IMG/VR virus record: IMGVR_UViG_3300029822_000865
Source of the DNA: a virus
Direction: 5' to 3' (one strand)
DNA: 64,000 nucleotides
Made by a program: the position numbers and the translations under genes. Below the pieces are notes generated by a model. The model was not told where the DNA came from and did no database searches. It saw only the letters and a list, made by a program, of their open reading frames with translations. Of the stretch, positions 50,022 through 60,480 are shown piece by piece (positions within the stretch are counted from its first letter, which is position 1; every line of letters begins with the position of its first letter).

Positions 50022-50837
50022 GTGAATAGAGAGAAGTATGAAGCCATACCTGATAAATTATGGCAAAGTGTGGCTCGACTATCAGTACTTTTGGGTATGG
50101 AAATGCAGGTTGTAGGTTATAACGATTTCATAAGTGTGTTACAAGATAGGGATGGAAGATCAGCATACTATATAATGAATAACGATACAAACGAGATAAC
50201 GGGTAATTATTGGGGTGTACGTGGGGATATAGATAATTTAGAGTATTTGGCAGTGAATCAGATGGACTACAGGAATAATTTAATACATGGTTTAATGGAT
50301 AGGCAAGGTGACTTAGTTTTATCTGTGGAGTATAAACAGTTATTTTCATTAGATTCTGGGTGTAGATTTTGGGTATTTTCAAAAAGGAGTATAAACTACC
50401 TAGGCTGTTTTGATTTAAAAGAAAAAAAGATGATTTTTGAAGAGGAATACCGCACTATAAAATATGTAAATCCAGCTGTATTTGTTGTTAAGAAGTGTTA
50501 TTCAGAATTGATAGTACCGGATAACAACTGGGAGATAATAAACATAGAAAACAATAGTTGTGCGACAGTGGAAAGTGTAGTATTAACGGGTAGACTGAAT
50601 GATAACAATGTGGTTATTTACCGTAATACATGGTACGCAGTATATAACGTGAACACGCATTTACGTACAAAATATAAGTATATAGATTACGACACTGATT
50701 CCTCATTTCCGAATTATGCTTTATTTAAGTTTACGCCCGTAAAGGGAGATGTCTTACATTTAGGAAAGGATAAAATAGAAAAAGTTGCTGACTGGATTTA
50801 CCCTCAAAATTGGTGGGAAAACCTGAAACAAGAGTAG
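50022..50837 (+). CDS. WG-repeat-like protein
   Basis: 'HGLMDRQGDLVLSVEYKQL'; cap 'ARLSVLLG'. Confidence 0.7.
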   Translation: MNREKYEAIPDKLWQSVARLSVLLGMEMQVVGYNDFISVLQDRDGRSAYYIMNNDTNEITGNYWGVRGDIDNLEYLAVNQMDYRNNLIHGLMDRQGDLVLSVEYKQLFSLDSGCRFWVFSKRSINYLGCFDLKEKKMIFEEEYRTIKYVNPAVFVVKKCYSELIVPDNNWEIINIENNSCATVESVVLTGRLNDNNVVIYRNTWYAVYNVNTHLRTKYKYIDYDTDSSFPNYALFKFTPVKGDVLHLGKDKIEKVADWIYPQNWWENLKQE

Positions 50838-50846
50838 GGATATAAA

Positions 50847-51308
50847 ATGGTAGACGTTAAAACAAAAATAGCTGAATTAGAGATTATTGCAGGATCACCT
50901 GTTATCTGTGTGGAATCAACAGCTTTTTTAACTGTGTTAAAACTGAGGGACATTCCTAGTTATTATGTATATGATAAGGAAATGGAATTGGTGGGAGTTT
51001 TCTCACACTATAACACTACAAGCACAACGAGATATAGAGTGGTGGGTGTTGGACAAGGTATATTCGGAGTGATTAACCGGAGAGGAAATCTTGTAATACC
51101 TATGGAGTTTAAATGCCTTAAACCGCTAGATAAAAACGGACTGTATTGGCGATTTAGTCGAGACATGCGAGAAGATGCTGATGGTGATATGTGGGCTTGC
51201 AGGAACAAAGGAAAGGGGTATGACATAGTAAGGTGTAAAATTACTAATAACGAGATAGTTATACTTGAAGACCTCATGGGAGAAGATCTAAACAAGTTTA
51301 AAAGGTAG
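50847..51308 (+). CDS. WG-repeat-like protein
   Basis: 'FGVINRRGNLVIPMEFKCL'; cap 'AELEIIAG'. Confidence 0.7.
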   Translation: MVDVKTKIAELEIIAGSPVICVESTAFLTVLKLRDIPSYYVYDKEMELVGVFSHYNTTSTTRYRVVGVGQGIFGVINRRGNLVIPMEFKCLKPLDKNGLYWRFSRDMREDADGDMWACRNKGKGYDIVRCKITNNEIVILEDLMGEDLNKFKR

Positions 51309-51316
51309 GTTACATT

Positions 51317-52900
51317 TTGAGTTATTCAAATGAATTAAAAAAGATAAGTATAATATTAGGAAAACAGGTCACATTGAAGTATGTAACTGAGTATTTATTT
51401 GTCGTGCAAGCCGAAACAAAAGAATCTTATGTGTTTGCATTACCTGACTTTAACTTTTTGAATAAGTATACAGCGTTTGCTAAAACGGGGTATGGGCAAT
51501 ATTTTGGTTCTTTCACAGGAAAAGGCTGGTGGTTAATAGGTGAACGTGGAGATATTCTAACGAAGAAAGAGTACATAACTATATATCCTATGACCAATGG
51601 TTTTTATGGTGTTAAGGAAAATGTACTGAATCTGCAGAGAGTACCTGACACATATACGGGCTGTATCGACATGTTAGGAAATGAGGTAGTTTCACTTGTG
51701 TACTCTAATATACAGTTTTTAATTCGAGATTTATTCTTGTGTTCGACTACAGTCAAAGAGGTAGAAATAAAAATTATAGTTAGAGCAGGCAACAAGAAAG
51801 CAATACCTTATGAAATTGACAGTGTTATTTGTATATGTGAGCACACACTAGCAATAAAAAGGAAAAAAGGCTTGTGGGGATTTTATAGTGTTGAGGACAG
51901 GGAGCTATCTAGTTTTGAGTGGGACAGTGTTAACGTGATACCTGATTCAAAAGCAATAATTACTAGAAGAGGGGAAAGGTATGACCTTATAGCTTGTGAC
52001 GAAACTGGTGTGTACATTCTATATCGAGGCGCAAAATGCATGAAGAGTAATCTAACGAGGGCATTAACTTATATTGAATCTGATAAAAATAGCTTTATTA
52101 TGAGTTGTACAGGGGATATAGTATGTGAACTAAATGAAATATCTGTTAAAGATATTAAATCTAGTAATACATCTTGTTTGGTGGGTACAACTACTGACGG
52201 TAAGAGTATTGGTATTAAATCTGATGGAACATTGTTTGATTTTGATTCTTCCGATCTATTTCATATAAAAACACCAAAGGGTAGTTATTTTGCTACAGGA
52301 GAAAGTATAGATACATATGATAAGTTGTATGATGGAGATTTGAACTTAATAAAAAATGACGGTACACTTTGTACTGTAAGAAGTGGGGGGTATCTTAATT
52401 TTGAAAATGACGGTAAAGTGGGGTTATATGACTTGTGGAGAAAACAATTGGTTGTTCCTAAAATATACGACATGTATGCGCAAAAGAGCGCAAACCGAGG
52501 GATATTTTGTCTAGGATCACGTGTCAAAGAGAACAACCACGGGTATAAGACATACTATCAAGTTATTAGAAATGGGAAGACAGGAGTAATATGTGTTGAT
52601 GAAGAATTTGGTACTTACGAAGTATCTATAAAACCTGAATATGACGAATGCAATCTTCACAATTATATTGATTCGGATATTGTTTTTATGCTTAAACAAA
52701 AAGGTAAGGTATACTTAGCGGACGACAAAGGTGAGATATTGACAAAGGGATATGATTTTATACGTTCGGAGGGGAGGGGGGATTGCTTAATAGTTAGAAG
52801 TGATGGTGTGTATAAAGTAATTGACTTGAAAGGCAATGTCGTGTCTGATGTCGAGTATGAGAATATAGAAGATTTACATGAAAAGCATAGATTTGTATAA
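51317..52900 (+). CDS. long WG-repeat protein
   Basis: 'GCIDMLGNEVVSLVY', 'WGFYS', 'KVGLYDL..KQLVVPKIYD'; cap 'KKISIILG'. Confidence 0.75.
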   Translation: MSYSNELKKISIILGKQVTLKYVTEYLFVVQAETKESYVFALPDFNFLNKYTAFAKTGYGQYFGSFTGKGWWLIGERGDILTKKEYITIYPMTNGFYGVKENVLNLQRVPDTYTGCIDMLGNEVVSLVYSNIQFLIRDLFLCSTTVKEVEIKIIVRAGNKKAIPYEIDSVICICEHTLAIKRKKGLWGFYSVEDRELSSFEWDSVNVIPDSKAIITRRGERYDLIACDETGVYILYRGAKCMKSNLTRALTYIESDKNSFIMSCTGDIVCELNEISVKDIKSSNTSCLVGTTTDGKSIGIKSDGTLFDFDSSDLFHIKTPKGSYFATGESIDTYDKLYDGDLNLIKNDGTLCTVRSGGYLNFENDGKVGLYDLWRKQLVVPKIYDMYAQKSANRGIFCLGSRVKENNHGYKTYYQVIRNGKTGVICVDEEFGTYEVSIKPEYDECNLHNYIDSDIVFMLKQKGKVYLADDKGEILTKGYDFIRSEGRGDCLIVRSDGVYKVIDLKGNVVSDVEYENIEDLHEKHRFV

Positions 52901-52913
52901 GGAGTTTTTAACA

Positions 52914-54644
52914 ATGAACAAAAATAATAACTTGCTTCATGGCAAGAAAACAGTAGAGGTCAAAGCGGAGAATATTGTGGGGACACATGAGGAAGTATTA
53001 AATAAGCTTTCTCTTATACTGGGTAAGTCTGTAAAAGTACATTTAGTAACAGAGGATTACTTCGTGGTAAGCGGTGGACATTCTGAAGTGTATGTTTACT
53101 TATTACCTGATTTCATATATGTAGGCAAATATGAAGTGTTCAGAAAAACTCAAAAAAGGAGGTATTATACAGTAAAAGACCGTGTTGGTTATTCTTTAAT
53201 TGACAGTAGTGCTAATTGGATTACAGAGAAAAGGTATTACTCGATAGATCATATTGGTGAAAATTACTTCAAGGTTGTTGAGAGGAGTATTGTCAACGGT
53301 AGATACTTACATAAAGTAGGTTGTGTTGACCTAAAAGGAATTGAAGTAATCAGTGCTAACTATACTGGTATACGTCATCTAATAAAAGATTTATTTTTGT
53401 GTACTACAGACATTGATGCAGTGAGCATACAAAGTATACTTAGAGCTGGAAATATACGTGCTATACCTTTTCCAGTTGAAGACGTACGAACGATTAACGA
53501 TACATCTATTGCTATAAAATCAAGAAACAAATGGGGTTTTTATAATGCGAAAAATAAGGCATTAACAGGGTTTGATTACGATAGTATAGAATCGAATTTT
53601 GAAGTACAGCGTAAAACAATTATAGCGACAAAAGGGGAATTAAAGGATTTAGTGTTATTGGATGATACAGGGGTGTATATTTTGTGGGAAAATGCTGAAT
53701 TTATGGAGAATAATTTGTCTGGTCAATTGACATTTATTAAAGATGGTGAAAAAAGCATTATTGTTAGAGATGATGGAGAAGTCATCTATGAATTTAAAGG
53801 GACAAATAAGCCTTTGAGAGTTAAATGTGAAGACTATACCTCTAACATAATAGTGTCTAGTGTTTCAAGGCAGAGTTTTACAGGAATTAGATATGATGGC
53901 ACATCTGTCAAGTTAGAGGGCGCATATATAGATGTTTTTAAGTGCAAGAGCACAGTGTATTATGCGACAGGAGATAATGTGTATCACAGTTATAAACACT
54001 TATATGATGAAAACCTAAACTTAATATGGGATAAATATAGCTTTTGGTCGACACAGTTTGAGGAGCACCTGAATATTGAAAAAGATAATAAAGTAGGGTT
54101 ATTTGATTTAAACACTTACACTACACTTGTACCCATGGAATATGGGTTTATTAAAAGAAGCGGAGAATTAGAGGGTTTTAAATATTTCATGCAAACCTTT
54201 GATTCATGTGGGAAGAGAATAACTTATTGGAGCATGGTTAAAGACAATAAAAAAGGAGTAACGAGAGTAAAAGATAACGGGTATGAAATTGTGTTGGAGT
54301 GTAAATATGAAGATTGTGAGATGTCTATTGATTCTAACGATAGTATATTGTTTATATTAACACTAGATGGCAAGACATACTTATGTGACTACAATGGAAA
54401 CAAACTATCTGCGGGATTTGATCGTATTTATCTTTATCAAAAAGACTATTTTATAGTGGAGAGGAATAATTTAAAGGGTTTAATAAACAACAAAGGCATA
54501 CTAATCACCACTGTTAGCCATTCTGATATTATAGCTATATTGGAATTTAAAAAAGAAGTGGTAGTAAGAACGGTAAAAGGCAATAACACTGTATATCGGT
54601 TCTTATCTGGGGCTTATAAAGATCCAGACAAGTTTAAAAGTTAG
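52914..54644 (+). CDS. long WG-repeat protein (close paralog of 51317)
   Basis: Collinear with 51317 (LPDF, DLFLC, RAGN.AIP, WGFY, KVGL.DL). Start placed at the ATG after AAGGAG; the ORF track starts at 52878. Confidence 0.75.
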   Translation: MNKNNNLLHGKKTVEVKAENIVGTHEEVLNKLSLILGKSVKVHLVTEDYFVVSGGHSEVYVYLLPDFIYVGKYEVFRKTQKRRYYTVKDRVGYSLIDSSANWITEKRYYSIDHIGENYFKVVERSIVNGRYLHKVGCVDLKGIEVISANYTGIRHLIKDLFLCTTDIDAVSIQSILRAGNIRAIPFPVEDVRTINDTSIAIKSRNKWGFYNAKNKALTGFDYDSIESNFEVQRKTIIATKGELKDLVLLDDTGVYILWENAEFMENNLSGQLTFIKDGEKSIIVRDDGEVIYEFKGTNKPLRVKCEDYTSNIIVSSVSRQSFTGIRYDGTSVKLEGAYIDVFKCKSTVYYATGDNVYHSYKHLYDENLNLIWDKYSFWSTQFEEHLNIEKDNKVGLFDLNTYTTLVPMEYGFIKRSGELEGFKYFMQTFDSCGKRITYWSMVKDNKKGVTRVKDNGYEIVLECKYEDCEMSIDSNDSILFILTLDGKTYLCDYNGNKLSAGFDRIYLYQKDYFIVERNNLKGLINNKGILITTVSHSDIIAILEFKKEVVVRTVKGNNTVYRFLSGAYKDPDKFKS

Positions 54645-54735
54645 GATTTACTTAGTCACTTCAATAAACATAGGTGATATATAAGTCAAAAGCACATATA
54701 ATATTAAAAATTTTTTATTCAAGGAGCTGTGAAAA

Positions 54736-55095
54736 ATGGGTACATACGATAAATTAGCTTCATACTTAGTTGAATCTGTTGAACTTAAAGGGGATTCTTT
54801 AGCAGTAAAAGTGGATAGTAACACAACAATGTTTATGTTCCAAAATTTTAAAAAGGCACTTCTGCGACAATCTGGGAACAAGAGAGTGTATACGCAATTC
54901 AAGGGTAGATGGCAGTTAATAGGTAAAGCTGATCCCGAATCACTTGCCCAGTTAATTGGGACAGTGTACTCCAATCATATGGAGTTATTCTACCTAACAG
55001 AAGACATGCAAGCAAAAAAAATCGAGGAATACTTGGAAAAAGGTATTGAGTTAAATATGAATTCTAGTTTTGAGACTAAGGTGATGGACTTTTAA
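54736..55095 (+). CDS. hypothetical protein
   Basis: 119 aa, AAGGAG RBS. Confidence 0.7.
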   Translation: MGTYDKLASYLVESVELKGDSLAVKVDSNTTMFMFQNFKKALLRQSGNKRVYTQFKGRWQLIGKADPESLAQLIGTVYSNHMELFYLTEDMQAKKIEEYLEKGIELNMNSSFETKVMDF

Positions 55096-55106
55096 TTTTA
55101 AAAAAA

Positions 55107-55135
55107 TAGACTTTTTTAAGGTTTTACTCTATATT
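55107..55135 (+). promoter_or_regulatory. sigmaA-type promoter
   Basis: TAGACT-17 nt-TATATT. Confidence 0.5.
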
Positions 55136-55268
55136 TATATGTGCTACAAATTAGGCTTTAAGATTATAGAATTTCATAACAATTAATAAAATAAATACTA
55201 TTCGTATAAATGTGATAAAAGGTTCAGATTTTAGATTTTATTGAAGGAAAAAATCGTTTAAGGAGTGT

Positions 55269-56207
55269 GTGTGTATGAAAATTAATCCGTTTGACATGTG
55301 TGCGGGGGAGACAGCAACAGGAGAAATATGCTTAAAAGAGGTTTCAGTATTTAACACAAAATCAAACAAGCAATACATAAGAGGAAAAGGGGTATATGAT
55401 GGTGGTGAGTACCCTGTTATTTGTTGGGAAGAACCGTTAGTTGATGTGTTTACTTCTGGATCAAAAGTGTTTAATGTATTGTTGGTGAGTGATAAATACA
55501 AAGATGAAATGCAATACACTGTTAAAGAAGTATTTGAGGATTTAGGGACTGATGCTGTGGCTGAATTTTATAGAACAATAGACATATCGGCATTGGAAAA
55601 AAGTTTTAATGAGTTTATGCACGAGAATTTTTCGGACAAGTACTTGGAGCTTATTAAAGAAATAATACCAGAGGAAATAATGCGACTGTTTTATTTAACA
55701 CCGGCAGCAACATCGCACCACGATAACTTTTGTGGGGGATTGCCACATCATACGTTCAAAGTTATGCGTATATTGAGAACACTGATTGATATATACGGCT
55801 TACAGGAGAAAAAGGAGTTTATTTTGCTTTGTGGGTTATTGCACGACATTGGAAAGATAGCTGCGATAGACTATAGAGATATGGAGTACACACTAAAGGG
55901 CGGAAAAATTACTCATGAGGGTTTAGGAATACTGTATATGGCAACTAAAATGAGAGTGTTAAGAAAGTATTTAACATCGGCAGAGATTGATAATTTAATA
56001 GGAGTTGTAGAGAATCATAGAGGTTACGACTACGGAGCAAGACCTGCTACCTTAGAGGCATATCTTGTGCACTATGCAGACAATACAGAGGCACAGATAA
56101 CAAGTCTACTTGAATTCACTGAAAGTCAAAATAAAGTGTTAACAAAGGAGACTGCTGTATGGTTTAAAGACAAGTTAATTGTTATTGAACCTGTAACAAG
56201 AGAATAG
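55269..56207 (+). CDS. YhaM/CBF1-like OB-fold plus HD-domain nuclease
   Basis: 'PAATSHH...GGL.HHT', 'LLHDIGKI', 'THE', 'NHRG', 'VHYADN'. Confidence 0.85.
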   Translation: MCMKINPFDMCAGETATGEICLKEVSVFNTKSNKQYIRGKGVYDGGEYPVICWEEPLVDVFTSGSKVFNVLLVSDKYKDEMQYTVKEVFEDLGTDAVAEFYRTIDISALEKSFNEFMHENFSDKYLELIKEIIPEEIMRLFYLTPAATSHHDNFCGGLPHHTFKVMRILRTLIDIYGLQEKKEFILLCGLLHDIGKIAAIDYRDMEYTLKGGKITHEGLGILYMATKMRVLRKYLTSAEIDNLIGVVENHRGYDYGARPATLEAYLVHYADNTEAQITSLLEFTESQNKVLTKETAVWFKDKLIVIEPVTRE

Positions 56208-56380
56208 GTAGGTTGCTGACACTCACACTATTGAATTTACGGAGAAGATTGAGGTTATGCTACCTAAAGACATAGTAGATAAACTGAATTCACTACGTTT
56301 AATGGAAGTGTGGAACATAGAGCAGTAAGTAACTAAAATACTTTTAGATTATTTTGCATAGCGGTAAAAATATAACACTT

Positions 56381-56413
56381 AAAAAGACAAGACAATATAC
56401 TCTTGTCTTTTTT
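56381..56413. terminator. Rho-independent terminator
   Basis: AAAAAGACAAGA...TCTTGTCTTTTTT. Confidence 0.8.
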
Positions 56414-56476
56414 ATATGTTGTGGATTAAGACAAATTTTTAATAAAGAAAGAATACTGTTTAAAGGTGTGTAGTCT

Positions 56477-56983
56477 ATGGTAGATAATTACTTAACTAGA
56501 AAGTTATTAAATAATGTGTCTTATTGTATTTCAAATGATTATATAATTATAACAGCCCCACATACTGAGTTTATTAAGGTTAAGCGATTAAAGTTAATTG
56601 ACTTAGACTCTCTACTACAGAGTTATACTGATTTAGTTAAGCTGACAAGAAAGCGCAAAATAAAGCTTATCACTAGGTATACAGCTAAACAACTTATTAA
56701 GCTTTACTGGGAAACATACTTAGAAAACTTTAGAATTGCAGATGCCCTATTCGATAACATGGTAAATGTGTTTAGCCTTGTAGAGAAAAGGGGTATACAT
56801 TCAGGCTATTCAGATGATGAAGTTTTTAGATTAGGAATGAAGCTTACAAATAGATATCAAAGTTTACAGTTTGACGGTGTAATTAGTAAAGTTATTAATT
56901 TTTATGGTGATGTGAGGAATAATCTTTTTACATTAAATAACGATTACTCGCCTGTTTATACGAAGATAATCAGACTAAGTTAA
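56477..56983 (+). CDS. unknown family A, copy 1
   Basis: Aligns with 59776 and 62448 (YL...NVSY.I, YW..Y, EKRG...G..D). Confidence 0.75.
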   Translation: MVDNYLTRKLLNNVSYCISNDYIIITAPHTEFIKVKRLKLIDLDSLLQSYTDLVKLTRKRKIKLITRYTAKQLIKLYWETYLENFRIADALFDNMVNVFSLVEKRGIHSGYSDDEVFRLGMKLTNRYQSLQFDGVISKVINFYGDVRNNLFTLNNDYSPVYTKIIRLS

Positions 56984-56994
56984 GGGGAAGAAAG

Positions 56995-57594
56995 ATGACA
57001 GAAGCAGAGGTAATAAAAGACATAAGAGTTAGGCTTGAGTTATTGACAGGTAATAAATTGAAATACATTAGATCTGATGATGGTATGTATAGAATTTTTC
57101 ATACTGAAACGGGACAGGCAGTAACAACAGATAGAGCGGGAAATGTTATTAATTTTTATAATGGCGGTGTGAAAATTAAACCTTATGGAATCAACAGGTA
57201 TATTGTTTATATTGAAAAAGGAAAGTATCTTAATATACTAAATATAGGCATGGAATACACAGATAGGAATATTGTGACATATTCCATGTTAGATAACTCT
57301 TGTTTATACTTACAAGATGATTTGGGATGTTTTCTTAAAAAATGCACGGGGGATTGTGCTACTTCGGAAGTATTCGAGGAAGTGACAACTGTTTGTGAAG
57401 CGGACATAGTAAAGTTTTTTATAGTAAGAATAAAGGACAAAATGCTATACCGGGTATTAGACTTGGACTTTAAATTTAGAACTAGAGAATTTACTAAAAT
57501 AGAGGAGACAACAAGAGGGGATGTAGTTAAATGTTTTGAAGTTATTGATGGCATAACACACTGTAGACATATAAACTGGCAAGATAAGAAATAG
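56995..57594 (+). CDS. unknown beta-rich family B, copy 1
   Basis: 'RLELLTG.KL', 'TD..G', 'ILNIGMEY'. Confidence 0.75.
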   Translation: MTEAEVIKDIRVRLELLTGNKLKYIRSDDGMYRIFHTETGQAVTTDRAGNVINFYNGGVKIKPYGINRYIVYIEKGKYLNILNIGMEYTDRNIVTYSMLDNSCLYLQDDLGCFLKKCTGDCATSEVFEEVTTVCEADIVKFFIVRIKDKMLYRVLDLDFKFRTREFTKIEETTRGDVVKCFEVIDGITHCRHINWQDKK

Positions 57595-57615
57595 GGGGGG
57601 GGTGAACATATAATT

Positions 57616-58302
57616 ATGCGATTACAAAACAGTATAAAGGATAGACTTGAAATAGTAGCAGGAGTGAAACTAGAAAGTGTAAGAGTTGACACAAGGGACT
57701 ATTTAGTATTTTTTAGTAAAGATAGTGAAAAGGCTTTCGTAACAAATTTAGATGGGGAAATTATAGTTGTACATAATAATGTTCAGTGTGAGACACTTAA
57801 ATATAGTCACAGAACAAGCTTAATTTACTTGATTATTAATTCGGACACATGTAAAGTATTAGATATTGGACTTGATTATATCGGTAAAGTATTACTTGGT
57901 TTTAAAACTATTAATGAAAAACATCTGATGTTAAGTGGTGAAACTGGTTGGTATCTAAAAAGACGGGATATAAGGCTTGAAACAGAAGAAGAGTATCAGA
58001 GTATCACATACTTTATTCATTCCAATAATAGTTTTAGATTTGCGGTCAAAATAAAGTTTAAAGAATCATATAGGTTATTGGACGAAGAATATACTTACCT
58101 TACAAGAGACTATAATACCATAGTACAAACAATATGGGGGTATACTTACAACTGTTCAAGGGTAGTTGACGGTAATGAAAAATGGTTTGAGGTAAATGGG
58201 TTTACTGGAGAAGAAATAAAGGAAATATCGAGGTGTTTAGATACGACACAGATTATCAAAGGTGTAGGTAGCCGAGGATGTATATATATTGGAGACTGTT
58301 AG
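57616..58302 (+). CDS. family B, copy 2
   Basis: 'RLEIVAG.KL', 'DTRDY', 'TNLDGEI', 'VLDIGLDY'. Confidence 0.75.
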   Translation: MRLQNSIKDRLEIVAGVKLESVRVDTRDYLVFFSKDSEKAFVTNLDGEIIVVHNNVQCETLKYSHRTSLIYLIINSDTCKVLDIGLDYIGKVLLGFKTINEKHLMLSGETGWYLKRRDIRLETEEEYQSITYFIHSNNSFRFAVKIKFKESYRLLDEEYTYLTRDYNTIVQTIWGYTYNCSRVVDGNEKWFEVNGFTGEEIKEISRCLDTTQIIKGVGSRGCIYIGDC

Positions 58303-58804
58303 AAAAAGATTAGAAATATTGTTGGGGGAAAAGCTAAAAGGAATAAAAGCGGATACAGGTGATTATTATGTATTTTACAGTGTGATATTAACTGGATCAC
58401 CTGGGGATTTAGAGGATGTAAAGATTGCGGTATTGACTGACTTATCTGGTGAAATTATTGAGTTATGCAAAGGCGTTTTACTTTGGGCGGATAAGCATGG
58501 CGTAATTTTTAAGTATTCTAATTTAGGGTTTTATCTGTTAAACATAGGCTTAGAGTACATAAATAAAAAATTCAAAAGCTTTGATTCTCCTATTCGAACA
58601 CATATAATACTTGAAGAAGATACAGAATGTTTCCGCATTATGAATCGGAGTAATGGGACAATTTCAAAACAGTATAAAAGCGTTAGGTGCTATGAACATA
58701 AAAAGGACATGGTCATGTTTGGAGTTATAAGTCAAGAAGATGGTTTATGCAGGTTGGTTGACGGGGATGGAAAAGTGGTAGCTTCTGTACAACGGTATCT
58801 ATAG
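58289..58804 (+). CDS. family B, copy 3
   Basis: 'RLEILLG.KL', 'DTGDY', 'TDLSGEI', 'LLNIGLEY'. Confidence 0.75.
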   Translation: METVRKRLEILLGEKLKGIKADTGDYYVFYSVILTGSPGDLEDVKIAVLTDLSGEIIELCKGVLLWADKHGVIFKYSNLGFYLLNIGLEYINKKFKSFDSPIRTHIILEEDTECFRIMNRSNGTISKQYKSVRCYEHKKDMVMFGVISQEDGLCRLVDGDGKVVASVQRYL

Positions 58805-58884
58805 ATTTAGGGCTTTGATCGGTTACGTGGACTATAATTTATATAGATTATAATATATTTGATTAGTTAGGGGGAGTGGGTTAA

Positions 58885-59358
58885 TTGGACATATGGGAAA
58901 TTATACTTTTGGTTTTATCTGGGGTATTGCTTATAAGTTTGCCGGTAATTTGGTTAGGGGTTATTATGCTACCGTATAAACTATATAGGACAAGACTAGA
59001 GTTTGATGCGAATTGTAAAGAGGGTGAAGTAGAAGTAATAGGGTATGAGCTTTACAGTGTAGCTCCTTTAGTGAAACTATGTGGTGGAGAAGATGATATA
59101 CCTACCCGTATAGGTATGATGCGTGGCGTTAAACGTTCAACACATCCTGTAGGTACACGTATTAACGTTAAGTATTCAAAAATATCAGCTTTTAAACCGT
59201 ACTATAAAGTTGTATGTTCCGACAAGTATACCCCGTTGGAGAAGAATAAAGTAATAGGAACATGTTTAGTTATAACAGGGGTATTATTGGCAGTTGTAAA
59301 CTGGTTAACACCTTTATATTTACTTGGGTGGATTATAGGCATGTTAAGGAAAAGCTGA
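58885..59358 (+). CDS. two-TM membrane protein
   Basis: Hydrophobic N- and C-terminal segments. Confidence 0.65.
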   Translation: MDIWEIILLVLSGVLLISLPVIWLGVIMLPYKLYRTRLEFDANCKEGEVEVIGYELYSVAPLVKLCGGEDDIPTRIGMMRGVKRSTHPVGTRINVKYSKISAFKPYYKVVCSDKYTPLEKNKVIGTCLVITGVLLAVVNWLTPLYLLGWIIGMLRKS

Positions 59359-59559
59359 CAAGATATTGAGTTTTCTTTTAATATATCGAAACATATTAAC
59401 TTCCTACAATACTATTTTCAAAAGACGCATAGGCTATATTTTTTGATTCGAACGACAAAATTTGTGCGTACGTTTTCATTCTAGGTACTTAATAAATTTA
59501 AGCCCGCACTTTTAAATTTATGGATAGTTTTTTAAGTGGTTCGGGTACAAGATTAGTTG

Positions 59560-59591
59560 AAGATAAGACTTAATTAAGCCTTATCTTTTTA
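59560..59591 (+). terminator. Rho-independent terminator
   Basis: AAGATAAG.CTT/AAG.CTTATCTT plus T tract. Confidence 0.65.
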
Positions 59592-59775
59592 TTTTGACTT
59601 TTATCTGGTGTATCACAAAAAGCTATATTTAATAAAGCATTTATAAAATAAAATGGTCTGTAGACCGTATAAGGTTGACGGTGGAGTTTGAAAGTCGGTT
59701 TAACAGTGAAAAAGGTGTTACAGAAAGGCTGCTAGAGCGGTTTTAAGAAATAATTAACGAGGGGAGTAAATAACT

Positions 59776-60246
59776 ATGAGTGACGAGTACTTAGAAAGGG
59801 GTTTATTACCTAATGTTTCTTATGAGATAACTAAAGATAAGGTTGAAGTATATAGCCCAAACACTGCGTTCGTAAAAATATATAGGGTTACACCTATCAG
59901 TATAAAAGAATTAACTGATAGCTATACTAAGCTTAAAAAACTAAGTGTACCTAAGTTTTTTAAGCGCTTACCCGAAGTTACTGACTTTATAGGTAGGCAT
60001 TGGTCGGCTTATTTAAAGGAAATAGAACTTGTCAACCTTGTATTTGAAAACATAGTAGTTGTATACAGGGAAATAGAAAAAAGAGGGATCAGACAAGGGA
60101 GTTTGGATGACAAGGTGCTTTTACTTGGAGAGAGCTTAGTACATAAACATCGCAACCTAACGGGATATGGAACATCAATAGGTAGTGTAACAGCATATCG
60201 AGGTATGGTTTGCCTCGGACATGAGGAGAAAGGAATAAGGGTTTGA
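59776..60246 (+). CDS. family A, copy 2
   Basis: 'DEYLERGLLPNVSYEI', 'IEKRGIRQGSLDD', 'NLTGYG'. Confidence 0.75.
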   Translation: MSDEYLERGLLPNVSYEITKDKVEVYSPNTAFVKIYRVTPISIKELTDSYTKLKKLSVPKFFKRLPEVTDFIGRHWSAYLKEIELVNLVFENIVVVYREIEKRGIRQGSLDDKVLLLGESLVHKHRNLTGYGTSIGSVTAYRGMVCLGHEEKGIRV

Positions 60247-60248
60247 TC

Positions 60249-60480
60249 GTCAATAACCCACGAACCTAAAGGTTCGGGGCTTGCAAAAGCCATTATTGAT
60301 TAGACTAAGTCTTAACTGACTACGTTACGCAAGAATGTACAGTTACCTACAAATATTTATCCTAGTTTGTAGCTCTAAGGTAAGTGATTAAACAGTTTCA
60401 ATGGGTAGAAACAGTGTTGCTTACACTAAACCTTGCAGTAACATTGTCTAAGGATATTTACTCTGAAAGGAGAACGTAAC
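60249..60480 (+). ncRNA. IscB omegaRNA scaffold (HEARO-like)
   Basis: Typical scaffold pieces (GTCAATAACCC, GATTAGACTAAG, GACTACGTT, CCTAGTTTGTAGCTCT, ACATTGTC.AAGG) lie immediately upstream of iscB. Confidence 0.85.

Noticed and set aside
56210-56330. Open frame VADTHTIEFTEKIEVMLPK... after the YhaM-like gene
   Set aside because: No start or RBS at its beginning and too short to support.
50835-57616. In-frame TAG junctions (50022 to 50847, 56995 to 57616) suggesting amber recoding or readthrough
   Set aside because: Other junctions are out of frame, each downstream gene has its own RBS, and long conserved genes are intact under the standard code.
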